Source: a virus. Taken from it: a stretch of 64,000 bases of DNA. This document shows, in pieces, positions 1 through 8,214 of the stretch. Below the pieces are notes generated by a model that saw nothing but the letters and a program-made list of their open reading frames with translations, was not told where the DNA came from and did no database searches. Made by a program: the position numbers and the translations under genes. How positions within the stretch are numbered: position 1 is the first letter of the stretch; each line of letters begins with the position of its first letter. Location of the stretch: positions 1-64,000 of IMG/VR virus record IMGVR_UViG_3300037222_000084; one strand, given 5' to 3'.

Positions 1-26
1 ACTGTCTCAAAACAAAAGGGGTTCTT

Positions 27-815
27 ATGTATCAAAACAATGCAGCACGGTCTACGTCTTTCCTGCAAAATCAACCGCATGTCTCAAAAAGCGACAAGTT
101 TGTTGCAATTGAACCGGCTCAAATTGAGGCAGTTCTCAATGACCATGGGTTTGACTTGGTTCATCTCAAAACGGGACGCGCTAAGTCCGCCGATAGACAG
201 GACTTTCAGACCACAATTGCACGCTACCGTAGTCGGTCTCAATTTGAGATCAATGGGTCTCATTTTGATCTGATTTTTAAGGTGCCGCATCTTTATGGGA
301 AATTGGTCGGTGTCTTAGGCCTATTCCGTGGCGCATGCGCTAACCAATTGAACGTTGGGAAGCATTTTGAGACGATCAAAGTGGCACACTTAGCCAACCC
401 TGTCTCAGAATTAGACAGTCTCATTCCGATGCTTGTTGCACAGCAAGCGTCTCTAGTTGAGATGGTCAAAATGATGCAGGCCCGCACTGTGTCTCCAATT
501 GAGCTGGCTCAATTTGCGACAGAAGTGGCTCAAATTCGATTGGCTCAAACTGAGAATGTGTGCAAGATTTATGCCGCACCTCTTCTCAAAGTGAGACGCA
601 CTGATGATGCTGCTAGCGACTTATGGACCTGTCTCAATGTGGTACAGGAAAACCTTATTCGTGGTGGAGTAGGATATCAAACTGAGACGTTCGATATCAA
701 TAATATCAGAACGGTACGCAATTGCACCGCTCGGAATGTCTCAGAACAATCCGCTAGGGCAATTGATTTGAATGGCTCAATTTGGGACGCTGCATCCAAA
801 TTGCTAACGGCCTAA
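27..815 (+). CDS. DUF932/DUF945-family protein
   Basis: Motifs SDKFVAI..HGF, GLFRGACANQL and RRTDD..DLWTCLNVVQENLIRGG typical of the family; AAGGGG RBS. Confidence 0.75.
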   Translation: MYQNNAARSTSFLQNQPHVSKSDKFVAIEPAQIEAVLNDHGFDLVHLKTGRAKSADRQDFQTTIARYRSRSQFEINGSHFDLIFKVPHLYGKLVGVLGLFRGACANQLNVGKHFETIKVAHLANPVSELDSLIPMLVAQQASLVEMVKMMQARTVSPIELAQFATEVAQIRLAQTENVCKIYAAPLLKVRRTDDAASDLWTCLNVVQENLIRGGVGYQTETFDINNIRTVRNCTARNVSEQSARAIDLNGSIWDAASKLLTA

Positions 816-829
816 TTTGATACAGTTAG

Positions 830-856
830 GACTGCTCCAATATGGGGCAGTCTTTT
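830..856 (+). terminator. Rho-independent terminator
   Basis: GACTGCTCCA-ATA-TGGGGCAGTC hairpin followed by TTTT, just after the 27..815 stop. Confidence 0.65.
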
Positions 857-890
857 AGTGTACCAGAATGAAACAAAGGGGAGTATTAAA

Positions 891-1085
891 ATGGAACAGA
901 AGAAATCCCAATATGGGACGACTCGATTTATGGAATGCGCTCAATATTTAGTTGAATCAGAATGGGACGACTTTAAAAACTACGTATCAGAAGGGAACGA
1001 CCCATTTTGCCACATATATTCGACGGCCTATATTGCATTGCACGGTGAGGGCGATTTTGAGACGCTTTTAGGTACGATGGAATAA
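891..1085 (+). CDS. hypothetical protein
   Basis: GGGGAG RBS before ATG at 891. Confidence 0.65.
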   Translation: MEQKKSQYGTTRFMECAQYLVESEWDDFKNYVSEGNDPFCHIYSTAYIALHGEGDFETLLGTME

Positions 1086-1086
1086 T

Positions 1087-1102
1087 TGGCATAACAATTG
1101 CA
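1087..1102 (+). promoter_or_regulatory. sigma54 (-24/-12) promoter-like box
   Basis: TGGCATAACAATTGCA (GG-N10-GC), intergenic. Confidence 0.6.
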
Positions 1103-1114
1103 AGGGGTATCAAA

Positions 1115-1288
1115 ATGAAACGCGATCTCATGTTGAGACAGATTGATTATTGGCTCATAACAGCGAAATTCTATGTCTCAAAAGGAGACGGTTTCGATCA
1201 CTTAGTGTTTGACGCGCTAAATAGGGCGCAATATATAATGGATCAAATTGAGATGATGGAGTCTCCAAATGAAACAGTTAGCAAATAG
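1115..1288 (+). CDS. hypothetical protein (57 aa, absent from ORF track)
   Basis: AAGGGG RBS, ATG 1115, MKRDLMLRQIDYW...ETVSK, TAG 1286-1288. Confidence 0.6.
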   Translation: MKRDLMLRQIDYWLITAKFYVSKGDGFDHLVFDALNRAQYIMDQIEMMESPNETVSK

Positions 1289-1569
1289 TTCTAGGTGTAC
1301 CAAATTGATATGCTGTCAGATTTGCAGTGCATCGGTCGAGTCAAGTCTTGAACTAACACCGTTAGCGGTTAGTTATGGTCAAGCCTTGACGGTGTTAGGC
1401 TGTCTAGACTGTCTAAGCCTAAGCGTTAGGCATGGGTTAGGCGCGTTAGACATAAGAGCGTTAGTCTTAAATTGAGACGGTTTGCATTATTTTCTTTATT
1501 TTTCAGACTAACGCGGTTAGTCTTAATTAAGCGGTGCAATTGAGCACCGATAAAACGGGGAGTATCAAA

Positions 1570-2028
1570 ATGGGATATACGCATTATTGGTCGTTCAACG
1601 GCAAACGTGGACAAACGGCTCAAAATGAGAAGAAATATCAGAATGCGCTTAAGCAATGTGTCAAAGTGGTACAGTATTATTCTAAGACGTTTGGTGGTCT
1701 TAGTGGATACACCGCGCACGACGTATCGAAACGATACGGTGGTCTCAATGTGAATGGCTCAGAACGAGTCGGTAGTTGTGAGACGTTTGCATTCCGCGAA
1801 CACATGTCTCAAAATGAGCCGGATGCCTGTAAGACTAATCGGTGTCAATATGATACAGTCGTGACCGCGTGTCTTATCATTATGAAACAGTATCTTGGTG
1901 ACTCATTTCAAGTCGGCTCAGATGGATTCGTTTCAGATTGGGCCGATGGCCTGATTCTTGCAGAAAAAGTAACTCGTCTCAAATTGAGCATACCTGTCTC
2001 AATTGAGACCAAACGTAAGGTGGCTTAA
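1570..2028 (+). CDS. conserved phage hypothetical protein (MGYTHYW...CKT..YD type)
   Basis: GGGGAG RBS; MGYTHYW N-terminus and CKTNRCQYD motif. Confidence 0.7.
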   Translation: MGYTHYWSFNGKRGQTAQNEKKYQNALKQCVKVVQYYSKTFGGLSGYTAHDVSKRYGGLNVNGSERVGSCETFAFREHMSQNEPDACKTNRCQYDTVVTACLIIMKQYLGDSFQVGSDGFVSDWADGLILAEKVTRLKLSIPVSIETKRKVA

Positions 2029-2029
2029 T

Positions 2030-2428
2030 ATGGGACGTTCAAAATGGTCCGTGACTCGTTTTGAAACGCATCAAGGTGGGCGCTCATTTGGTCCACGCGG
2101 CAAGTATCGTTTTGAGACAAAATTGATTGCTCGTCTCGTTTATATACTGTGCCAAATTGAGGCACTGTTTACAGGTCACAGACCTTGGCTGTCTTATATT
2201 CCTACGTATTCAATTGATACAGACCTTGGCATTGATTTTGCAGATGCAGGTCAATGGAGATCGTATCATATTGAAACATCGGGTGATTCTTTTAATGAGA
2301 TGGTCGATAATGCGACTGTCTCAGAAATAGACCAAGACGGTGGCACAATTGATGCATATGGGTTAGGCGATGCACCGTCTCAAGTTGAGACAGCGTGTCT
2401 CAAGATGATAATGGATAAGGTGTTCTAA
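2030..2428 (+). CDS. hypothetical protein
   Basis: ORF packed directly after 2028. Confidence 0.6.
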   Translation: MGRSKWSVTRFETHQGGRSFGPRGKYRFETKLIARLVYILCQIEALFTGHRPWLSYIPTYSIDTDLGIDFADAGQWRSYHIETSGDSFNEMVDNATVSEIDQDGGTIDAYGLGDAPSQVETACLKMIMDKVF

Positions 2429-2463
2429 TTTAGAGCGTTTCAAACTTAAACAAAGGGGATTTT

Positions 2464-3135
2464 ATGGACTTACTGACTCAAAATGGGAAAATGAAGAAGT
2501 CGTCTCAAAATGGGATTACCAATGTGAATTGGACGATACCAGCGTTTATGTCTCAAACTGGGATTAAGACGTGTCCCAATGCGGGATTATGCGCGGTGGG
2601 CTGTTATGCGCGTCAAGGCGCGTATATGTTTGGGAATGTCAAGACAGCACACGAGGCTAAACTGGCATTGACTCAAAATGATACATTCGTTGGCATGATG
2701 GTTGCAGACATTGAGCGGTGGCTCAATAAGAGAAACACCAAACGTCTCGTTGTGAGAATCCATGATGCGGGTGATTTTTACTCCATGCAATATTTAGACC
2801 GATGGATTAAAATTATGTCTCACTTTGAGGCAGACAAACGTGTCTCGTTTTATGCCTACACAAAGCAAGTGGAGATGTTTCAAAATGAGAAAGCGCGTTT
2901 GCCTAGCAATTTTCGTGCCATATTCTCGTTTGGTGGCAAACAAGACAAACTGATTCAAATTGATACAGATTTCCATGCGCGTGTATTTGAGACAATGGAT
3001 CAATTAGAGGCAGCAGGGTATCAAAATGGGACAGACGACGATATGGTTGCAGCGTTAGGCGTATCAAATAAGATCGGCCTAATATATCATGGGACTAAGA
3101 ACTATATCAATACGAGATGGGATAAGGTGGCATGA
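2464..3135 (+). CDS. Gp88-like phage protein
   Basis: TCPNAGLCAVGCYA Cys cluster, RIHDAGDFYS and FYAYTK motifs. Confidence 0.75.
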   Translation: MDLLTQNGKMKKSSQNGITNVNWTIPAFMSQTGIKTCPNAGLCAVGCYARQGAYMFGNVKTAHEAKLALTQNDTFVGMMVADIERWLNKRNTKRLVVRIHDAGDFYSMQYLDRWIKIMSHFEADKRVSFYAYTKQVEMFQNEKARLPSNFRAIFSFGGKQDKLIQIDTDFHARVFETMDQLEAAGYQNGTDDDMVAALGVSNKIGLIYHGTKNYINTRWDKVA

Positions 3136-3557
3136 AAATTGATAAGCGTCTCAATGCGAGACATAGCGTTGGTAACACGCGCTCTAGACAGTCTAAGGGC
3201 TCTAGTGGGTTTACCACGCTATACACGCATTATAGACTTAGGGCTCTAAGGCGCGGCTATAGTTGGGACCTAACGAAGTCTCAATTTAAGACGTTTTGTG
3301 AATTGAATTGTTTTTATTGTGGCATTGAACCTAGACAGATACAGCGCGTTTACAGTAAAGAATGTACCAAAGAGGGACTTTTGAATTCTGCATATGTTTA
3401 CAATGGGTTAGACCGCGTGGATAACTCTAAGGGCTATAGCGTGGATAACTGTAAAACGTGCTGTAAAACGTGCAATAGGGCTAAGGATATAATGAGTTAT
3501 CAAGACTTTAAAGATTGGATAAGTAGAGCGTACAAAAATTTGAGCGTATCAGAATGA
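3132..3557 (+). CDS. HNH-type endonuclease
   Basis: CFYCG ... GLDRVDNSKGYSVDNCKTCCKTCNRAK. Confidence 0.8.
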   Translation: MKIDKRLNARHSVGNTRSRQSKGSSGFTTLYTHYRLRALRRGYSWDLTKSQFKTFCELNCFYCGIEPRQIQRVYSKECTKEGLLNSAYVYNGLDRVDNSKGYSVDNCKTCCKTCNRAKDIMSYQDFKDWISRAYKNLSVSE

Positions 3558-3561
3558 GACA

Positions 3562-3658
3562 TGGCACATAGTTTGCATATGCAATCGGTGTGCCAAAATT
3601 GTGGATGTATCGAATTGAAACACTGGCCGTTAGTTTGCATATTGCAAATTGCGTGTCA
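3562..3658. promoter_or_regulatory. Cluster of face-to-face sigma54 boxes
   Basis: + TGGCACATAGTTTGCA 3562-3577; - TGGCACACCGATTGCA 3595-3580; + TGGCCGTTAGTTTGCA 3624-3639; - degenerate TGACACGCAATTTGCA 3658-3643. Confidence 0.7.
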
Positions 3659-3675
3659 TATCAAAAGGAGACGGT

Positions 3676-3933
3676 ATGGAAAATCTCATATTGAAACAAG
3701 GTGATTTTGTCAAGGTCTTGGCCTTGACTGGAGACCTTAGAACGTTAGGCGTATCAAGCGGCGCGGTGTTAGTGGTCGAGACCTTAGGCCTTGACGGTGC
3801 CTTAGGCGTCAAGACGTGGCGCGGTGCCTTGACGTTAGTCAACGTTGACGGGACCTTGACCGATGCATGCCTTGACGTGGCGCGGTGTCAAGGGCCTAAC
3901 GTGGCGTTAGTCAAGGGGTTAGGCGCGGGTTAG
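3676..3933 (+). CDS. hypothetical protein with strongly biased sequence
   Basis: AGGAG RBS before ATG 3676; rich in CTTGAC/GTCAAG/TTAGGC words. Confidence 0.55.
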   Translation: MENLILKQGDFVKVLALTGDLRTLGVSSGAVLVVETLGLDGALGVKTWRGALTLVNVDGTLTDACLDVARCQGPNVALVKGLGAG

Positions 3934-4171
3934 GCGCGACCTTGACAGGCTAACCCATTGAAACGAGGCGAAAACGTCTCGTTTTGAGACAGTTTTTAGC
4001 GTTTCGAGGGGTGCTTATGGTCGCATGCATTTTTTAGCCGCGCTCAATGGCGGGGCGTTTAGGAAGTTGAGGGACCATGCCAAATTAATTTCTTAATTTG
4101 GATGTGATTATTTTGAGGCGCACCATAATCGCTCAGTGACAATTTATGTCAATGGAGATTCGTGCCAAGTC

Positions 4172-4184
4172 TAAGGTGTTGATT
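4172..4184 (-). promoter_or_regulatory. IHF-consensus site
   Basis: AATCAACACCTTA matches WATCAANNNNTTR; one-mismatch copies at 3951-3963 (-) and 4781-4793 (+). Confidence 0.45.
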
Positions 4185-4274
4185 TTATTGAGGATTTAGG
4201 GCCGTTTCAGATTGAGCTGTATAACTTTTAGATAGCATCTCATAATGAGGTGTTGTACCAATGAGGGATGAGAC

Positions 4275-4520
4275 ATGTCTCAAGACAAATTAGAACTGCC
4301 GTTAGGCGAATTGCTCAAACGTTTGCGCGATGCTGCCGATGTGAGCATTGGTCAAGGATACGTGACACAGCCATTGCTTAATTATATTAATGAGCTACAT
4401 CAACATTCTAGTGTTGGTGGTAAAGACTTAACCCATATAGCGTTTGAGCTACAACGCTTTGGACGCCTCAACTCTGAGGATATTCCCACAGTCCTGCATT
4501 ACCTCCAAAGATTCATCTAA
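4275..4520 (+). CDS. hypothetical protein
   Basis: GAGGGA upstream, 81 aa ORF. Confidence 0.55.
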   Translation: MSQDKLELPLGELLKRLRDAADVSIGQGYVTQPLLNYINELHQHSSVGGKDLTHIAFELQRFGRLNSEDIPTVLHYLQRFI

Positions 4521-4546
4521 AGACCTGCTAGGCCCATCCATTGGGC

Positions 4547-4646
4547 TGTCGCAATACTTCACACACTGTCGCAATACTGTCGCAATTGTCCCAATTAATA
4601 CAATTGGGACATTCTTTGTCCCAATACTTGTCCCAATTAATACAAC
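4547..4646. repeat. Intergenic cluster of TGTC(G/C)CAAT repeats with a palindrome
   Basis: Six direct copies and one inverted copy in about 100 bp; TTGTCCCAATTAATACAA twice; TGTCCCAATT-AATAC-AATTGGGACA hairpin. Confidence 0.85.
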
Positions 4647-4797
4647 CAAACTGTCTACGATCTTGACATTGTATAAAAGTTCGACGGGGTGGGTAAATTA
4701 TTGAAACCAATAGGGGTCTGGGCGAAAATCGTTTTTTCTGTACAACTGTTTTACAGAATCGTTTTTTTAGATGAGAGTCTTTTCAATAGGTTAGCAT

Positions 4798-4813
4798 TGG
4801 CACACGCACTGCA
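4798..4813 (+). promoter_or_regulatory. sigma54 promoter-like box heading the second early operon
   Basis: TGGCACACGCACTGCA, intergenic, IHF-like site just upstream. Confidence 0.65.
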
Positions 4814-4918
4814 TTAGTATCAAGTCACTCCTTATGTTTACGGAGTGGTGCAGAGTAGGCGGCTTGCACCATTCCGGTTTTATCTAGGGAGCAACAAACA
4901 AACGGTAGGAGTACCAAA

Positions 4919-5203
4919 ATGGGCGCTGAATTTTGTTCTACAACATTCACAGCAAAGACTTCTAAGCAAGTCAAAGAGAAACACGATGAGCTAGTTGAAC
5001 AGGCTCAATACGATCACGGACACTCTGGCTATTCTGGCTCATTCGCAGAAAGTCCTGGTGTCACCGTGTTACCAGCAGAGTTTGACAGCGTTGAAAATGC
5101 CGAAGAATACATTGACGAGAATGCAAAGAAGTGGGAAAACTCATTGGCTGTGCGTATTAAAGGCACAGATACATGGGTTATCGGTGGAGTGTTTTCGTCT
5201 TAA
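4919..5203 (+). CDS. hypothetical protein
   Basis: TAGGAG RBS; HGHSGYSGS motif. Confidence 0.7.
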   Translation: MGAEFCSTTFTAKTSKQVKEKHDELVEQAQYDHGHSGYSGSFAESPGVTVLPAEFDSVENAEEYIDENAKKWENSLAVRIKGTDTWVIGGVFSS

Positions 5204-5230
5204 TAACAAACAAACGATAGGAGTATCGTA

Positions 5231-5482
5231 ATGAAACAGCTAAGCATACAAGACATAGGCTCTATTGAAGTGGTCACTGTTCAATCTAAGGCTATTGAGC
5301 GCATCATGTGGGACCACAGAAAAGGCCAAATGATGATTAAGTTCAAGGATTCGCCAGTTTACGTCTACCCGACTGCTACGCGCTCTTTGTTTAAAGAGTT
5401 TGTGGCGTCTGAGTCTAAAGGGCGGTTTTTCTTAGCGAATATCAAGAAACAGCATGCTCAATTTTTGCGATTGGACAACTAA
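5231..5482 (+). CDS. KTSC domain protein
   Basis: SKAI..I.WD...MMIKFK..VYVY......F..FVASESKGRFF..NIK pattern. Confidence 0.8.
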   Translation: MKQLSIQDIGSIEVVTVQSKAIERIMWDHRKGQMMIKFKDSPVYVYPTATRSLFKEFVASESKGRFFLANIKKQHAQFLRLDN

Positions 5483-5833
5483 ATGACAATCGCATTCGAT
5501 GTAAAGGGTACGCTCGAAGGCCCTAAGGGTAAGTTTGTATTGGGCTTATTGCTTAAGTTGCAAGAGATGGGCCACGAGTGTGTCGTGTGGTCAGGCTCTT
5601 ACGGTTACGCGGTGGACTGTGTTGCAAAATATGGACTAGAAAACGTGCGTGCAGAATCGAAATCGGACAAGTGGTCTCGTGATGAGGCAAACTTCTACGA
5701 TGTAGCCATAGAGGACGACAGAGGTCAAACGTGGCTCGCTGCTAAGAAAATCGTTTTCGTAGATGAGTTGCCTAATGATCCTGGTGGCGTGAACAGATTG
5801 GCAGACATGATAACCGATGGAGAATTAAAATGA
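5483..5833 (+). CDS. HAD-like protein
   Basis: IAFDVKGTL, VVWSG and IEDD HAD-type motifs. Confidence 0.6.
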   Translation: MTIAFDVKGTLEGPKGKFVLGLLLKLQEMGHECVVWSGSYGYAVDCVAKYGLENVRAESKSDKWSRDEANFYDVAIEDDRGQTWLAAKKIVFVDELPNDPGGVNRLADMITDGELK

Positions 5834-6078
5834 GACGCTTAAATCGTGCTGGTTTCAAAGAGTTACGCGATGAGGCTTATAAGTCTGCTGGTATCGTGGG
5901 CAATGCGGCAGAGCGTTTTCAGACGCCACAGCTAGAGTGCGCCTATTCGTTGATGTGTGAGGGCCTTGACGCAATCGACGACCTAGGCTATAAATTGGGC
6001 TATCTCGACGCTGAGACCAATGAAGAGACGGAGCCCACCGAGGGCATTGACAGCGAAGGACAAGAAACGTTTGAATAG
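5830..6078 (+). CDS. hypothetical protein
   Basis: ATGA overlap with upstream gene. Confidence 0.6.
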   Translation: MRRLNRAGFKELRDEAYKSAGIVGNAAERFQTPQLECAYSLMCEGLDAIDDLGYKLGYLDAETNEETEPTEGIDSEGQETFE

Positions 6079-6232
6079 AATCATTTTTTTAGTAGTATTT
6101 CTAATGGGTTGTGCCGACAATGAGTTGCGTCAGTTCAACCACGAGGACAAAGAGGACTTAGACTGCTATGCCCATTATGGAGCAGAGCAGGGATACTGTG
6201 ACACGGTTTGGCACAAAGGAGTACCAAAATGA
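6071..6232 (+). CDS. small putative lipoprotein
   Basis: TTG start, hydrophobic stretch ending LMGC. Confidence 0.5.
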   Translation: MNRIIFLVVFLMGCADNELRQFNHEDKEDLDCYAHYGAEQGYCDTVWHKGVPK

Positions 6233-6414
6233 GCTGGCTGTTTTTAGTAAATACTGTTGTTTTTGCTGGGCTATACCTGATTTGGAATAAATCAGATTTG
6301 CTCAACTTCTCTCTAAAGGCTATTATGTTTGGTCTATTGGTTTTGAATGGCATTCAGTGCTACAAAGCATTTGAGGTGGATCGAGTTGAGGCAGCAAAGA
6401 GTGTGCCAAAATGA
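6229..6414 (+). CDS. small membrane protein
   Basis: AGGAG RBS, two hydrophobic segments. Confidence 0.6.
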   Translation: MSWLFLVNTVVFAGLYLIWNKSDLLNFSLKAIMFGLLVLNGIQCYKAFEVDRVEAAKSVPK

Positions 6415-6926
6415 ATACGAAACGTTTTAATAAAGGCGATTTGATTACACCTCAGAGAGGTAAGGGCGGATTTGGCGAAGTATTCAGGTTTGACTCTTAT
6501 GATTCAACGTCTAGCACAGATGGTTGGGTTATAAATAACAAGGGCGTATGCGTGAAGTGTGATTGTACGGGGATGGACCATTGTGATCCATCTGGACTTG
6601 CGATTGTGAAAACTATTTTTTCAGTTGGAGACACAATAGGTGTAAAGCCTGAATATGATAAGGATGGAAAGCACGTCAATACTCGTGGCATGATTCGTGC
6701 TATTGATGCTACCAAGTATTTCGTCCTGTGGTCTAGCGATCCCAACGGCATTCTGGTTGACTACCAGCACAATGAAGTAGATGTTATGGCTTATCTCATT
6801 CATAAGCAGGATGCACCATCAAGCGGTGGGCCGCATAACTGCGCGGACCACATGGAGTTTTGCCAGGGCTTTAGGTTCGATTATCGTTTCTGTAAAGTGT
6901 GTGGCTCAAAACATAACGCAGCATAG
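6411..6926 (+). CDS. hypothetical protein
   Basis: ATGA overlap; C-terminal CKVC. Confidence 0.65.
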   Translation: MNTKRFNKGDLITPQRGKGGFGEVFRFDSYDSTSSTDGWVINNKGVCVKCDCTGMDHCDPSGLAIVKTIFSVGDTIGVKPEYDKDGKHVNTRGMIRAIDATKYFVLWSSDPNGILVDYQHNEVDVMAYLIHKQDAPSSGGPHNCADHMEFCQGFRFDYRFCKVCGSKHNAA

Positions 6927-6934
6927 GAGATGTT

Positions 6935-7207
6935 ATGTCAGACAAAGAACGCAACGTGCGCGATGTGATAAACGATGTGAACAAGATGGCTGCTGCTGGA
7001 GTGCTCATACCACAGTATGAGGTTGAGGCTGATTCGTACATATGTTTCGTTGTGAGAAACCCTAATGGTCGCAGCATGTTGCACGCTGGGCGTATGGGCA
7101 TCTATCCAGAGGAACTGCAAAAATCGTTCCTAGGACTGTTTTTGAACGAACACATGGATAACTATAAGGTAATTGGCATCTATCAAATGTCGGAGTGGGC
7201 CAAATGA
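6935..7207 (+). CDS. hypothetical protein
   Basis: TAGGAG RBS. Confidence 0.65.
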   Translation: MSDKERNVRDVINDVNKMAAAGVLIPQYEVEADSYICFVVRNPNGRSMLHAGRMGIYPEELQKSFLGLFLNEHMDNYKVIGIYQMSEWAK

Positions 7208-7500
7208 GCAAAATCATTTCAATATTATACGAAGGAGTATTAATACGCATTGATGAGACAAGCACGCGATTTGATTGGCATTGGCCTCACACGCCCATTG
7301 GCATGGTCAAATATACGCCGCGCAAGGGCTCTAAACAGTTCCACTATGTTTATTTTGGACAGCAGGACGAGACAGCGTTAAATCTAGCTAATCGGCACTT
7401 AACCAATGAAATCGCTGAGTTACAGTCCAGAATTGAAGGTCTTAAATTGAGACTTTTTACAAAGGAAAACGTAACAAAACAACACGGTGTTGTAAAATGA
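7204..7500 (+). CDS. hypothetical protein
   Basis: ATGA overlap. Confidence 0.6.
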   Translation: MSKIISILYEGVLIRIDETSTRFDWHWPHTPIGMVKYTPRKGSKQFHYVYFGQQDETALNLANRHLTNEIAELQSRIEGLKLRLFTKENVTKQHGVVK

Positions 7501-8144
7501 GCAATGTAAATTTGGCAGACATACCATGCGAAGTACCTGACAAATTGACCGATACTAGTACGCTCGGTAGACGTGTCACAGAGATACTAAAGCGTATCAA
7601 TTTTCCCAACAGGGAACGTACCGTTATAGCGTTTGACAGCACAATGTTTGGTCTGCAAATTAGGATGCAACTTGAGGCCACAGACACGCGGACTGGTGGT
7701 CCCATATCGTTACAGCATTCGAGACAGGTCAACTCACAGATGAGCGACCAAGAGTTAGCGCGTCAAATATGCATACTCATGTCTCAAACTGCGATACACG
7801 AGTTTATGGAAAACTTTAGGTTTGACGGCGCTATCATGTTCAATCCACACGACGAAGGGCGCAATGGCATACTTTTTGATGCTGTCGCTAAGGCCGCATC
7901 GTTTCCTGAGCCTAAGGTTGACGATGGTTTTATTAAATTCAATATACCGCTGGCAGATACTTATTCCTATTCGTTTTACCACAGTAACCATAAGAAACCT
8001 AAGCCTTTACCAGACGTTGAGCCCGATCTCAAAACGTTACCACCGCTTGAGAGAGCGCGTGCGTTGAAGGAAAAGAATAAGAAAGTACAAAGCAATTTTG
8101 GTGCCAAAGACTGGCGTGCAAAACTGAGACGAGATGCTGCTTAA
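7497..8144 (+). CDS. hypothetical protein
   Basis: 215 aa ORF, ATGA overlap. Confidence 0.7.
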   Translation: MSNVNLADIPCEVPDKLTDTSTLGRRVTEILKRINFPNRERTVIAFDSTMFGLQIRMQLEATDTRTGGPISLQHSRQVNSQMSDQELARQICILMSQTAIHEFMENFRFDGAIMFNPHDEGRNGILFDAVAKAASFPEPKVDDGFIKFNIPLADTYSYSFYHSNHKKPKPLPDVEPDLKTLPPLERARALKEKNKKVQSNFGAKDWRAKLRRDAA

Positions 8145-8152
8145 AATAGTTG

Positions 8153-8180
8153 TTGCAATGCGTTTTGTTAGTGGTAGTAT
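8153..8180 (+). promoter_or_regulatory. sigma70-like promoter
   Basis: TTGCAA-16-TAGTAT with extended -10 TG. Confidence 0.4.
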
Positions 8181-8214
8181 TTACATAACGGCCTAAGTGC
8201 CAAGGGAGAATCAG

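Larger units (their letters stand above)
1..4290. repeat. Dispersed array of 15-bp imperfect palindromes GT(C/A/T)TC-N5-GA(G/T/A)AC
   Basis: Examples: GTCTCAAAAGGAGAC 1175-1189, GTATCGAAACGATAC 1723-1737, GTCTCAAGTTGAGAC 2377-2391, GTCTCAATGCGAGAC 3148-3162, GTATCAGAATGAGAC 3546-3560, GTCTCGTTTTGAGAC 3976-3990; more than 30 further near matches by eye. Confidence 0.9.

Noticed and set aside
1269-1475. 68-aa ORF
   Set aside because: No RBS, overlaps the better 1115..1288 ORF, and consists of motif words
1996-2009. parS identity for the palindromes
   Set aside because: parS has a 4-nt ACGT centre (GTTTC-ACGT-GAAAC); nearly all sites here have a 5-nt A/T-rich spacer, and this N4 copy is an exception
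3417-3448. Two DnaA-box-like CGTGGATAA sequences
   Set aside because: One mismatch each, and explained by repeated V-D-N codons in the HNH motif
4065-4168. Minus-strand TGGCA half-boxes near 4082 and 4167
   Set aside because: -24 element present but the -12 position reads CA rather than GC
1-4650. CRISPR array explanation for the early repeats
   Set aside because: Repeats are short, degenerate, irregularly spaced and lie inside ORFs; no constant repeat-spacer period and no cas genes
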